Shown: piece after piece, positions 37,574-47,244 of the stretch
Numbering within the stretch: the first letter of the stretch is position 1
Layout: each line of letters opens with the position of its first letter
Assembly: GCA_965200265.1 (NCBI GenBank)
Contig: OZ241357.1
Coordinates: 8,179 to 72,178, forward strand
DNA: 64,000 nucleotides
Reading direction: 5' to 3'
From: Alphaproteobacteria bacterium
GTDB lineage: Bacteria; Pseudomonadota; Alphaproteobacteria; UBA2966
Made by a program: the position numbers and the translations under genes
The notes under the pieces: model-generated
Databases searched by the model: none
Told to the model about the DNA's origin: nothing
What the model saw: only the letters and a program-made list of their open reading frames with translations

Positions 37574-39220
37574 ATGACCGCTCAGGGAGGAGGCAGCCTG
37601 GCCGAGCAGCTGGCGTCGGTGCTGCCGCGCCTGCACGGCGCCCGCGCGCCGGCGCCCAGGCGGCCGGCGTGCCGGGTGACGCTGCACGTCCCCGCGGACG
37701 ATCTCGACGGCGCGTTCGGCGAGGTGCGGAACGAGGTGCTGCGCTGGATGCAGGATCGCGCCGGGCGGCGTCTGCCGGCGGAGGCATGGCGCGGCGAGGG
37801 GTTCGAACTCGCCGGGGCCAATCCCCTCCGCGCCGAAACGGCGCCGGCGCGGGATGCCGACCGCTGGACGGCGCGGCTGGACGAGGCCGACGGCGACGCG
37901 CCGGACCGCTTGTGGACGACCGAAGCCGGGATCGCCAGGGACGGGGAGGCGATAGGCGTGCAGGTGCGGCTCGGCTGCGCGGCGCGGAGAGAGAACCCGC
38001 CCGCCCGGTCCGTTCCCGGCCTCGTCCGGTGGATCGTGGACCGGTTCGGCGTCGTCGCCGACGGTCGGCCGATCGGCGCCGGGCCCTGGCTCGTCAATAC
38101 GCCGGAACGGGCGGAGAAGCTTCTCGCGCTGCTCTGCGACCCGGAGCGCGAGCAGGACGTGCTGGCCATCGCGACGCATGATCGTGGCGACGACCCCTCG
38201 ACCGTGCTGGTCTCGCCGCGGTCCGTCTTCGAACGCACGCTGGGCGCGGCCCACGTCGCCGTCGTCACGACGTCGGCCACCTTCGCCCTGACCGATCGGT
38301 TCGGCAAGGAACTGTCCGTATTCCGCCAGGCGGTGCGGACCTACAGGCCCGGCTTCGACCCCCGCCGGGCGGAGCCTTACGACCACCCGCTCGCCGTCGG
38401 GACGCGCATATCCGCCTGGGACGGCGGGCCGGAAGCCTTCGAAGACTTCCTCGTCGCCGACTGCCTGCGCGCCACCGTCGGCGCCGCGGACGGCGAGGGG
38501 CGTGCGCCCCTCCCCTTCGCCGCGAGGCGGACCGCCCCGGCATTGCCGCGCGCGTCCGTCCTTCCGGCCGCCCTCTCGGGGGACGAAGGGCCGGACGCGC
38601 TGCGGCGGGAAAACGAGGAGCTCAGGGCCGAGAACCTGAAGCTGGCGGAAGCTCTGAGCAAGGAGCGCAGCGCCGCCGCCGCCGCGCGGAAGGAGGTCAG
38701 GAGCCTCAAGGACCGGGTGGCCCATCTCGAACGCACGCGCGGCAATGCGCCGGCGCACCCCGGCGGGCCGTCCGTTCCGGACAGCTTCGGGGAGCTCGAG
38801 CACTGGTCGAAGGAGCATCTGGACGGCAGGGTCCGGCTGCATCCGCGGGCGATCGGGGCGGCGAAGAAGTCGGCGTTCGAGGACGTGGCGCTCGCCTATC
38901 GCGCCTTGCTGATCCTGCGCGACCGCTACGTCCCGATGCGCCTGGAGGGCGGCAACGACAGGCGAACCGCATACCAGGAGGCGCTGTCCGGGGAGGGGCT
39001 CAGGGAGGAGCGGACGTTCGCCGGGGCGCGGGCGGGGGAGCACGGCGACGCCTACTTCATCCGCCACGGCGGGCGCCGGCGGGAGCTCGAACGGCACCTG
39101 AAGGGCAGCAACGCCCGCGACGAACGCCGCGGGTTCCGCCTCTACTTCTTCTGGGACGAGAGCGACCGGGAGGTCGTCGTCGGCTGGCTGCCCACCCACC
39201 TGCCGACGCGGCTCAGCTGA
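37574..39220 (+). CDS. hypothetical protein (548 aa), central coiled coil, no recognisable catalytic motif
   Basis: Inner start MTAQGGGSLAEQL in ORF 37445..39220; the track start lies inside the MITE. Coiled-coil stretch ENEELRAENLKLAEALSKERSAAAAARKEVRSLKDRVAHLE. C-terminus RGFRLYFFWDESDREVVVGWLPTHL recalls the last strands of RelE/ParE-fold proteins (weak). Confidence 0.65.
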   Translation: MTAQGGGSLAEQLASVLPRLHGARAPAPRRPACRVTLHVPADDLDGAFGEVRNEVLRWMQDRAGRRLPAEAWRGEGFELAGANPLRAETAPARDADRWTARLDEADGDAPDRLWTTEAGIARDGEAIGVQVRLGCAARRENPPARSVPGLVRWIVDRFGVVADGRPIGAGPWLVNTPERAEKLLALLCDPEREQDVLAIATHDRGDDPSTVLVSPRSVFERTLGAAHVAVVTTSATFALTDRFGKELSVFRQAVRTYRPGFDPRRAEPYDHPLAVGTRISAWDGGPEAFEDFLVADCLRATVGAADGEGRAPLPFAARRTAPALPRASVLPAALSGDEGPDALRRENEELRAENLKLAEALSKERSAAAAARKEVRSLKDRVAHLERTRGNAPAHPGGPSVPDSFGELEHWSKEHLDGRVRLHPRAIGAAKKSAFEDVALAYRALLILRDRYVPMRLEGGNDRRTAYQEALSGEGLREERTFAGARAGEHGDAYFIRHGGRRRELERHLKGSNARDERRGFRLYFFWDESDREVVVGWLPTHLPTRLS

Positions 39221-39409
39221 TCGCCGGGGCCGCGGCGGGAACTGCTCGCACCCGGGATCGACCCGGCGGTCGTTCTCGCCCCGGCTGTGCAGAAACAACA
39301 CCTTCCGGCCTCATCAGGCACTCGACGGACATACTCCCGCCGAATACCTTCAATCACTGACGGCGAAAGAGACTCCCGCGTCTCATATGTCGTGAATCAG
39401 AACATGCAC

Positions 39410-39437
39410 TTGCAAATGACCGACCTTGCTGTACAGT
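39410..39437 (+). promoter_or_regulatory. candidate promoter of the phd-vapC pair
   Basis: TTGCAA (39410-39415), 16-nt spacer, TACAGT (39432-39437), about 60 nt upstream of the antitoxin ATG. Confidence 0.3.
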
Positions 39438-39495
39438 CGTCCGGGAAACGGCGGGGAGCCGATCTCGCCGATCGCCGCCGACAAGGATACCGGTC

Positions 39496-39777
39496 ATGCC
39501 GCCCGCGACATACGAGGTCACGGAAGCCCGCGCTCACTTCTCGGAGCTTCTGGCGCGGGCCCGAGCCGGCGAGGAGATCGTCATCACCAAGGGCCACGAG
39601 CCCCATGCCCGGCTCCTGCCGCCGGCCGGGCGCGGGGAGCGGGAGAGTGTGCCGCTGGAACATCTCCACCTGCCGGACGACCTCTTCGACGGCGACGATC
39701 CGGAACAGGCCGCGATCGATGCCGGCGACCGCAACGATGCCCTCGGCATCTGGCGCGGCCGCGCGGCCGCTTCGTGA
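39496..39777 (+). CDS. type II antitoxin, Phd/YefM family
   Basis: ORF 39496..39777. N-terminus TYEVTEARAHFSELLARARAGEEIVITKGHEPHARLLP is typical of the family. Its stop overlaps the toxin start (GTGA). Confidence 0.82.
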   Translation: MPPATYEVTEARAHFSELLARARAGEEIVITKGHEPHARLLPPAGRGERESVPLEHLHLPDDLFDGDDPEQAAIDAGDRNDALGIWRGRAAAS

Positions 39778-40151
39778 GACTGCTTCTCGACAGCCATGCC
39801 GTCTATTGGTGGATGACGGGTGACACCCGGCTGTCCGCGATCACCCGGGAACTGATCCTCGACGGCGCGAACACCGTTTTGGTCAGCGCGGTTTCGATCT
39901 ACGAGATCGAGCTCAAGGCCGGACGCAGGCGCGTGAACCTGCCGCCCCAGGAACTGCGGGCGGCGCTCAGGCGCAACGCCGTCGAGGAACTGGCCATCAC
40001 CCACGACCATGCGGAGTATGCCGCCCATCTCGCCTGGGCGCATCGCGATCCGTGGGACCGTCTGCTGGCTGCCCAGGCCCTTCTGGAGAACTGTGTCCTC
40101 GTATCCGTCGACAAGGTTTTCGACGGCATCCCCATCGACCGGCGTTGGTGA
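39774..40151 (+). CDS. vapC: type II toxin, VapC family PIN-domain ribonuclease
   Basis: GTG start within ORF 39426..40151. Acidic PIN residues lie in LLLDSHA, SIYEIELK and HRDPWDRLLAAQA. Confidence 0.85.
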   Translation: MRLLLDSHAVYWWMTGDTRLSAITRELILDGANTVLVSAVSIYEIELKAGRRRVNLPPQELRAALRRNAVEELAITHDHAEYAAHLAWAHRDPWDRLLAAQALLENCVLVSVDKVFDGIPIDRRW

Positions 40152-40356
40152 ACCCGGTTGCAATCGCCTGCCCGGCCTGTGCATGAGCCTGCGGTGACGA
40201 GACACCGTGAATCGGACCGGGAACATCCTCGCCGGGAACTCGAACGGCCCCGTGAATGGAGCAAGGAACCGTCGAGCACGAACGAACGCCGTCCGCGTTC
40301 ATGCACGTGCGAGACACGGCCGGCCCGCCCGGTGTCTCGTACGTACCGCACCGGGA

Positions 40357-40517
40357 GGTGGTGTCTCAGTTTGAAATTTCTGCTTGTTCGTGGTTTTCAG
40401 TGGCCGGTGATCGGTGCTGGCCACTGGTCACTGGCCACTGGTCACTGGCCGTCGGCGCTCCCAAGGATATGCCAGATAGCTCACCCGGCGCGCCATATTT
40501 CAAACTGAGGCACTACC
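40357..40517 (+). mobile_element. MITE-like element copy B (161 bp)
   Basis: Same TIRs (40357-40377 and 40497-40517, 19/21 match). Flanked by direct GCACCGGGA at 40348-40356 and 40518-40526. It is 21 bp (three heptamers) shorter than copy A. Same orientation as copy A. Confidence 0.65.
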
Positions 40518-40631
40518 GCACCGGGACGGGCATTTCACACCGCCCGGCGTCGGCGGTATAATCGCGTTCGCACGACCGCGCCGTCGGTGTCGCCGGAGGC
40601 CGGTCGGGGGCGCGAAGGGAGCCGGGAACGC

Positions 40632-42509
40632 ATGTCGACGGCGGCGAGTACCGCTGAAACGATAGAACCGCTCGAAGACCGGGAAGAGCTCGAATCCGTC
40701 GTGATCCGGTTCGCCGGCGACTCCGGCGATGGCGTTCAGGTCACCGGCGGCCAGCTCACGCAGGTCACGGCGCTGGCGGGAAACGACCTGGCGACGTTTC
40801 CCGACTTCCCGGCGGAGATCCGCGCGCCCGCCGGGACGACCTACGGGGTGTCGGCCTTCCAGATCAACTTCGGCGCGCGGCGCATCCGCACGGCCGGAGA
40901 CCGGCCCGACGTCCTCGTCGCGTTCAATCCGGCGGCGCTCAAGGTCAACATCGAGGACATGCCGGGGGGCAGCCTCGTCATCGTCGACACCGGAACGTTC
41001 TCCGACCGCAACCTGAGAAAGGCGGGGTACGCCGCCAACCCGCTGGAGGACCGGTCCCTCGACAACCACCGGGTGATCGAGATCGACATCTCGAAGCGCA
41101 CGCTGGACTCGGTCGACTCGTTCGGCCTGACGCAGAAGCAGGCGCTGCGCTGCAAGAACTTCTGGGCGCTCGGGCTGATCTACTGGCTCTACGGCCGCGA
41201 CCGCCGGCCCACGATGGACTGGCTGAACGCGAAGTTCGGCAGGATCCCCGCGGTGGCCGACGCCAACGTCGCCGCCATCAACGCCGGCCACGCCTACGGC
41301 GAGACGGCGGAGCTCGGCCCCGAGGTCAAGGGCTACGTCATCCCGCCGGCCGACATGCCGCACGGCCTCTATCGCACCGTGACCGGCGCCGACGCGACCG
41401 CCTACGGGCTGGTCGCCGGCGCCCGGTCGGCGGGGCTCCGGCTCATGTTCGGCTCCTACCCGATCACGCCCGCCTCCGCCCTGCTGCACGTGCTGGCGGG
41501 CATGAAGGAGTTCGGCGTCGTCACCTTCCAGGCGGAGGACGAGATCTCCGCCGTGTGCTCGGCGATCGGCGCCTCCTACGCGGGCGCCCTCGGCGTGACG
41601 TCGAGCTCGGGTCCCGGGATCGCCCTCAAGACCGAGGCGATCGGGCTCGCCGTCAGCGTCGAACTGCCGCTGGTGATCGTCAATTCCCAGCGGTCGGGCC
41701 CGTCGACGGGGATGCCGACGAAGACCGAGCAGTCGGACCTCTATCAGGCCGTCTACGGCCGCAACGCCGACGCGCCGGTTCCGGTGATCGCCGCCTCGTC
41801 CCCGGCGGACGCCTTCGACGCGGCGGTCGAGGCCGTGCGCATCGCCACCAAGTACATGACGCCGGTGTTCCTGCTTACCGATTCCTACATCGTGAACGCG
41901 GCCGAGCCGTGGCTGATCCCCGACGTCGACGCGCTTCCCCCGCGGGAGGTGGAGTTCCGCACCGACGCCGACGGGTTCCACCCGTTCCTCCGCGACGAGG
42001 ACACGCTGGCGCGCGCCTGGGCGCTGCCGGGGACGCCGGGGCTGGAGCACCGGATCGGCGGCCTGGAGAAGGACCACGACACCGGCAACATCTCCTACGA
42101 CCCGGAGAACCACCACCGCATGACCATGACGCGGAAGGCGAAGATCGACGGCATCGCCGACGACGTCCCGCCGCAGGCCGTCACCCTGGGCGCCGCCGGC
42201 GACGCCGTCGCCGTCGTCGGCTGGGGATCGACCCACGGGCCGATCAACCGGGCCGTCGACGACCTGCGGTCGGAGGGCCTGGGCGTGTCGCACGTCCACG
42301 TCCGCCACCTGTGGCCCCTGCCGCGCAACCTCGGCGAGCTGCTGCGGTCCTTCGATCACGTCCTGGTGCCGGAAATGAACACGGGCCAGCTGCGCACGGT
42401 GCTGCGGAGCGAGTATCTGACGCCGGCCGCCGGCCTCAACAACGTTTCCGGCTTGCCGTTCAGGATCGCCGAGATCAAGGACGCCGTGCGGAAACTGCTG
42501 GAAGGGTGA
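40632..42509 (+). CDS. korA: 2-oxoacid:ferredoxin oxidoreductase alpha subunit
   Basis: Inner start MSTAASTAETIEPL after GAAGGGAG in ORF 40587..42509. Contains the pattern VIRFAGDSGDGVQVTG, plus YPITPAS. Confidence 0.88.
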   Translation: MSTAASTAETIEPLEDREELESVVIRFAGDSGDGVQVTGGQLTQVTALAGNDLATFPDFPAEIRAPAGTTYGVSAFQINFGARRIRTAGDRPDVLVAFNPAALKVNIEDMPGGSLVIVDTGTFSDRNLRKAGYAANPLEDRSLDNHRVIEIDISKRTLDSVDSFGLTQKQALRCKNFWALGLIYWLYGRDRRPTMDWLNAKFGRIPAVADANVAAINAGHAYGETAELGPEVKGYVIPPADMPHGLYRTVTGADATAYGLVAGARSAGLRLMFGSYPITPASALLHVLAGMKEFGVVTFQAEDEISAVCSAIGASYAGALGVTSSSGPGIALKTEAIGLAVSVELPLVIVNSQRSGPSTGMPTKTEQSDLYQAVYGRNADAPVPVIAASSPADAFDAAVEAVRIATKYMTPVFLLTDSYIVNAAEPWLIPDVDALPPREVEFRTDADGFHPFLRDEDTLARAWALPGTPGLEHRIGGLEKDHDTGNISYDPENHHRMTMTRKAKIDGIADDVPPQAVTLGAAGDAVAVVGWGSTHGPINRAVDDLRSEGLGVSHVHVRHLWPLPRNLGELLRSFDHVLVPEMNTGQLRTVLRSEYLTPAAGLNNVSGLPFRIAEIKDAVRKLLEG

Positions 42510-42510
42510 G

Positions 42511-43533
42511 ATGAACGTCGAAACGAGAATCGCGCCGCCCGCGGCGAAGGACTTCGCGTCCGATCAGGAAGTGCGCTGGTGCCCCGGCTGCGGCGATTAC
42601 GCCATACTCAAGGCGATGCAGAAGACCTTGGCCGACGTCGGCGCCAGGCGGGAATCGACGGTGTTCGTGTCGGGGATCGGCTGCGCCGCGCGGTTCCCGT
42701 ACTACATGTCGACCTACGGTTTCCACACGATCCACGGCCGCGCGGCGGCCGTCTCGACCGGCATCAAGCTCGCCAATCCCGACCTCGACGTGTGGGTGGC
42801 GTCGGGCGACGGCGACGCCCTGTCCATCGGCGGGAACCATCTTCTCCACGTGTTGCGGCGCAACGTCGACTTGCAGTTCCTGCTGTTCAACAACGAGATC
42901 TACGGCCTGACCAAGGGGCAGTACTCGCCGACGTCGCGGGTCGGCACCCGCTCGCCGTCGACGCCCCTGGGATCGGTGGAGCGCCCGGTCTCGGCCTGCG
43001 AGCTGGCGCTCGGCGCCGGCGCCCGGTTCGTCGCCCGCTCCGTCGACACCCAGCAGAAGCACCTGCCGGGGGTCTTCCGCCGGGCGCGCGAGCATCGCGG
43101 GGCCTCGTTCGTCGAGATCCTCCAGAACTGCATCGTCTACAACGACGACGTGTTCGCCGGGTTCACGGCCCGGGACGTCGCCCCCGACCGGCAGATCCAC
43201 GTGGCCCACGGCGAGCCTCTGGTCTTCGGCGCCGACCGCGACAAGGGCCTGGCGGTCGACCCCGCCTCCATGTCCCTGAAGGTCGTCGCCGTCGGCGAGG
43301 ACGGCGCCGCCGGGTCCGGCGTCATGGCGCACGACGAGACCAACCCGACGCTCGCCGGAATGCTGGCGCGTATGCAGCCGCCGGACCATCCCGTGGCGAT
43401 GGGCGTGCTCTACTGCGATCCGGCGCCGACCTACGACCGCGACGTCCTGGCGCAGGTGCGCGAAGCCGGGGAGCGCGCCCCCGACGCCGACCTCAACGAA
43501 TACCTGCGCCGGGGCCACACCTGGACGGTCTGA
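42511..43533 (+). CDS. korB: 2-oxoacid:ferredoxin oxidoreductase beta subunit (TPP-binding)
   Basis: ORF 42511..43533. WCPGCGDY motif and TPP motif GDGD...NN.IYGLTKGQ. Confidence 0.9.
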   Translation: MNVETRIAPPAAKDFASDQEVRWCPGCGDYAILKAMQKTLADVGARRESTVFVSGIGCAARFPYYMSTYGFHTIHGRAAAVSTGIKLANPDLDVWVASGDGDALSIGGNHLLHVLRRNVDLQFLLFNNEIYGLTKGQYSPTSRVGTRSPSTPLGSVERPVSACELALGAGARFVARSVDTQQKHLPGVFRRAREHRGASFVEILQNCIVYNDDVFAGFTARDVAPDRQIHVAHGEPLVFGADRDKGLAVDPASMSLKVVAVGEDGAAGSGVMAHDETNPTLAGMLARMQPPDHPVAMGVLYCDPAPTYDRDVLAQVREAGERAPDADLNEYLRRGHTWTV

Positions 43534-43627
43534 GCCGGCGCGGGCCGCGCGCCCGGCGGCCGCCCGGCGCATCGGCGGCCGCCGTCCCCGACCGGACCCC
43601 CGGCCCGACGAGCGAGCACGCCAGGTC

Positions 43628-44929
43628 ATGACGGTATCGGTGGCCATCGTCGGGGCGGGGCCCAGCGGGTTCTACACGGCGGACGCCCTGCTGAAGACCG
43701 GGCGGCGCCACGAGATCGACGTCATCGACCGCATCCCCGCGCCCTACGGGCTGATCCGCTACGGCGTGGCGCCGGATCACCAGACGACCAAGAACGTGTC
43801 GCGCGCCTTCGAGAAGACGGCGACGCGGGAAGAGGTCCGGTATTTCGGCAACGTCGAGCTCGGTCGCGACGTCGGCCTCGGCGAACTGAAGTCCCTGTAC
43901 GACGCCGTCGTGCTGGCGGTGGGCGCGCGCCTTGATCGGCGGCTCGGCGTCCCCGGCGAGGATCTCGCGGGCGTCCACGGTTCCGTGGAGTTCGTCAACT
44001 GGTACAACGGGCACCCCGATTGCCGGGACCTGGACCCCGATCTCGACGTCGCCGCCGCCGTGGTCGTCGGCAACGGCAACGTCGCCATCGACGTGGCCCG
44101 CGTGCTCGTCAAGACGGCGGCGGAGATGGCCCGTTCGGACCTGCCGGAATACGCGGCGAGGGCGATACGGGGCTCGCCGCTGACGGACGTCCACCTGTGC
44201 GGCCGGCGCGGCCCCGTCGAGGCGAAGTTCACCAACGTCGAGTTGCGCGAGATGGGGGCGCTGGAGGCCTGCGCGCCGGTCGTCGATCCCGGCGTCCTGC
44301 CCGGCGAGGCGGCGGGGAACTGGTCCGACCGCGACCGCCGCCTGCGCGAACGGAACCTCGCGACCTTGCGCGGGTTCGCCGGGATGGACCCGGCGGCGAA
44401 GGCCCGGCGCGTCCACTTCCGGTTCTTCTCGGCGCCGGTGGAGATCCTGGGGGACGGACGGGTCGAGGCGGTGCGGTTCGAGCGGATGCGGCTGGAGGAG
44501 GGGCGCACGGTGGGGACGGGGGAGCGCTTCGACGTCCCCTGTGGCCTGGTCGTCGCCGCCATCGGCTCGCGGTCGGAGGCCGTGGACGGCGCGCCCTTCG
44601 ACGACGAGCGCGGGATCGTCGTCAACCGCGACGGCTGGGTCGAGGACAACGTCTATGCCGTGGGCTGGGTCATGCGCGGATCGACCGGCGTGATCTCGAC
44701 CAACCGCAACGACGCCGTCGCGGTGGCGGGCCACATCGCCGGCAAGGTCGGCGCCGGCGGCCGGCCCGGTCGCGCGGGGCTGGAGTCGCTGCTGGCCGAA
44801 CGGCGGGTGCGGCGGACCGATTTCGCCGACTGGAAGTCCATCGAGGCGGCCGAGATCGCCAACGCGCCCGCCGGCGCCCCGCGGCGCAAGTTCGTCTCCA
44901 TCGACGAGATGCTGGCGGCGCTCTCCTGA
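43628..44929 (+). CDS. FprA/adrenodoxin-reductase-type NADPH:ferredoxin reductase
   Basis: ORF 43628..44929. VAIVGAGPSGFY FAD motif and a second GNGNVAIDVAR dinucleotide motif. Adjacent to korAB. Confidence 0.82.
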   Translation: MTVSVAIVGAGPSGFYTADALLKTGRRHEIDVIDRIPAPYGLIRYGVAPDHQTTKNVSRAFEKTATREEVRYFGNVELGRDVGLGELKSLYDAVVLAVGARLDRRLGVPGEDLAGVHGSVEFVNWYNGHPDCRDLDPDLDVAAAVVVGNGNVAIDVARVLVKTAAEMARSDLPEYAARAIRGSPLTDVHLCGRRGPVEAKFTNVELREMGALEACAPVVDPGVLPGEAAGNWSDRDRRLRERNLATLRGFAGMDPAAKARRVHFRFFSAPVEILGDGRVEAVRFERMRLEEGRTVGTGERFDVPCGLVVAAIGSRSEAVDGAPFDDERGIVVNRDGWVEDNVYAVGWVMRGSTGVISTNRNDAVAVAGHIAGKVGAGGRPGRAGLESLLAERRVRRTDFADWKSIEAAEIANAPAGAPRRKFVSIDEMLAALS

Positions 44930-44953
44930 ACGGCGGCCCGCCGCGCCGCGCGG

Positions 44954-46072
44954 TCACAGGAACAGGGAGAGGACGCCGGTATATCCGTAGAGCCGCTGGT
45001 GGCTGATCTCGCCGTTGCAGAACACGCCGATCAGGGGCACGTCGCCGAGCGCGCCGGCGATGGCGCGCAGCTCCGCCGAGTCGGGGCCGAACAGGTTCGG
45101 TCCCCGCGCCAGGCAGGAGTGGTAGAGGCCGCCTCTCGGCGGCGAGTCCCCCGTCCGCCGCCCGAGGTCGTCGAGCATCCGCGTCAGGTCCTGGCGCGCC
45201 GCCTGCCCGTCCCGGCGGCAGATCATGATGGTGTCGCCCCTGTCGATCATGGCGCCGACGGCGAACGCGCCGGCGGCCGGATCGATGGCGACGAGGTTGC
45301 GGACGAGATAGTCGGGCCGGTCGGCGCCGGTGACCGGAAAGGCCACATGGATGTAGCCGCCGATGCGCCGGAGATCGCGGGCCAGAACCTCGCCGACGTC
45401 CTCCTTCAGAACCTCGAGGGCCGGGCGGTCGTCCAGCCCGACGATGACGTTCTCTTGGCAGTCGGTCACCTCGCGCACGGGACCGATGGGCGCGCAGCCC
45501 TGGGTCAGCCCCGTGGCGACGGCGACGTCCGGCTCGAACAGCACGCCCGACACGCCGCCCGCGGTCACCGCGCCGGCGAGTTGCGGATGGGCGCCGCGCG
45601 AGGACGTGAGGCCGCCGACGAGAAACGCCCCCGTGGCCTCGACGACCGCCGGGATCAGAGCGCCCAGATTGGCGTTGCGGGGATCGGCGTGCACGATCCC
45701 GAACCGCCCTTCCCGCGTTCCCAGCGCGCCGGCCAGCCGCGCCGCCGCCTCGCCGGGCGTGTCCGAACCCGTATCGAGCAGGTGAATCTCGTCCTCCGGG
45801 ATCGATCCGGCGAGAAGCGCGAGGGCGGGCCGGTCGAAGTACTCGGCGCCGGTGGCGCAGATCCCGATTCCCGTCGTGCCGATCCAGGTTTCGATCCCGG
45901 TGCGGATCCGCAGTTCGTCGCGGACGTCCTGGACGTCGTCGGCGAAGTGGTCGGTGACGTAGAGGAAGCCGACGTTCGCCCCGTCGCGCGAGACGTCCGC
46001 CATGACGAGCGCGGCGTGCAGGGCGCCGCGCCAGTCGGACGCCGCCGCGTGGCCCATGCGGAAGGGAGTCAT
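44954..46072 (-). CDS. FIST N/C-domain sensor-like protein
   Basis: Inner start MTPFRMGHAA in ORF 44954..46630, ATGA overlap with the TauD-like stop (46069-46072). Segments GFLYVTDHF... and ...GVFCNGEI are typical of FIST_N and FIST_C. Confidence 0.75.
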   Translation of the reverse strand: MTPFRMGHAAASDWRGALHAALVMADVSRDGANVGFLYVTDHFADDVQDVRDELRIRTGIETWIGTTGIGICATGAEYFDRPALALLAGSIPEDEIHLLDTGSDTPGEAAARLAGALGTREGRFGIVHADPRNANLGALIPAVVEATGAFLVGGLTSSRGAHPQLAGAVTAGGVSGVLFEPDVAVATGLTQGCAPIGPVREVTDCQENVIVGLDDRPALEVLKEDVGEVLARDLRRIGGYIHVAFPVTGADRPDYLVRNLVAIDPAAGAFAVGAMIDRGDTIMICRRDGQAARQDLTRMLDDLGRRTGDSPPRGGLYHSCLARGPNLFGPDSAELRAIAGALGDVPLIGVFCNGEISHQRLYGYTGVLSLFL

Positions 46073-46971
46073 GGGCGGCATGGTGGCCGGGCCTCGTCCG
46101 CGGCGCAAGCGTCCGCCGGCCGGCCGGTCCGGGCGTCGTCGTCGAACGCCACGAACATGCGATAGAGGGTGCGCCTGGCGTCGGCCGGGTAGTCGGGCGT
46201 GGCGCTGTGCATGGTCGTCCGGTTGTCGAAGAACACGATCTGGCGGTTCCGCCACCTGTGCCGGTACTGGAACTCGGGGCGCAGCGCGTGCGCGTACAGC
46301 GCCTCGAGCAGGGCGTCGCTCTCCGCTTGCGGACGGCCGGCGATGCGGACGGTCCAGCCCGGATTGACGTAGAGGGACCTGCGCCCGGTCTCGGGGATGG
46401 CCTTGACCACCGGGTGCGTCACCTCCGGGTGCGCCGCGCGCTGTTCTTCCGAAAGCCCGACGATCGAATCGCCGGGGTCGCGGCCGCCGTAGCGGTGGAT
46501 GGCGGTCAGGCCCTCGATCCCGTCCTTGAGGGCGGCGGGCAGCGCCTCGTAGGCCCCGGCCATGTCGGCGAACCGGGTGTCGCCGCCTGCTTCCGGCACC
46601 TGCACCGCATACAGGAACGACACGTCGCACGGCTTCTCCTCGTAGGTCAGGTCGGCGTGCCAGAAGGAGCCGGCGGGGCGCCTGGTCGCGCGTCCGAAGC
46701 CGGACTCGGGGTCGTTGGAGACGACCGCGATCTCGCGCGCCTCCGGGTGGTGGTACTGGCTCAGGACGTGGGGCCGGAACGCGCCGAAGCGGCGTCCGAA
46801 GGCGACCAGCACCCTGACGTCCGCGGGGACCTCCGGGATCACGGCGACCTGATGCTCGATAAGGGCGGCCCTGATCTCCGCGAACGTCGCCGCGTCCAGC
46901 GGCGCGGCCAGATCGACGCCGCCGATCTCCACGCCGAACGAGTCACCCAGGGGCGTCACGCTGATCGTCAT
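46069..46971 (-). CDS. TauD/TfdA-family Fe(II)/2OG dioxygenase (second copy in window)
   Basis: ORF 46069..46971. FWHADLTY (HxD) and FDNRTTMHSA motifs. Confidence 0.88.
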   Translation of the reverse strand: MTISVTPLGDSFGVEIGGVDLAAPLDAATFAEIRAALIEHQVAVIPEVPADVRVLVAFGRRFGAFRPHVLSQYHHPEAREIAVVSNDPESGFGRATRRPAGSFWHADLTYEEKPCDVSFLYAVQVPEAGGDTRFADMAGAYEALPAALKDGIEGLTAIHRYGGRDPGDSIVGLSEEQRAAHPEVTHPVVKAIPETGRRSLYVNPGWTVRIAGRPQAESDALLEALYAHALRPEFQYRHRWRNRQIVFFDNRTTMHSATPDYPADARRTLYRMFVAFDDDARTGRPADACAADEARPPCRP

Positions 46972-47032
46972 CGGCAGGGCCTTGAGGTGATGAGCGTCGG
47001 GACGGCTGCCGGATCATAACCGTTCCCGCCCG

Positions 47033-47125
47033 TGTTTTCAGTGGCCGGTGCTGGCAACTGGCCACCGGCCACCGGCCACCGGCAGCCGGCCACTGGTCAC
47101 CGGCGCTCCCAGGGACATGCCGGAA
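47033..47125 (+). repeat. TIR-less relic of the MITE-like family
   Basis: GTTTTCAGTGGCCGGTG..CTGGCAACTGGCCACCGGCCACCGGCC...GGCGCTCCCAGGGACATGCCGGA is colinear with the interior of copies A and B. The TCAGTTTGAAAT ends are missing. Confidence 0.6.
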
Positions 47126-47244
47126 ATGCAGCGGCGGGCGCGCCGCCTTGCCCGGATGGGCGGGAGTTCCATAATGGCGCCGCACCCCGCGCGACGCCGA
47201 CCGCGAACCCCGCGACCGCACGAATCCGAAGGAAGGAGCCCGAG

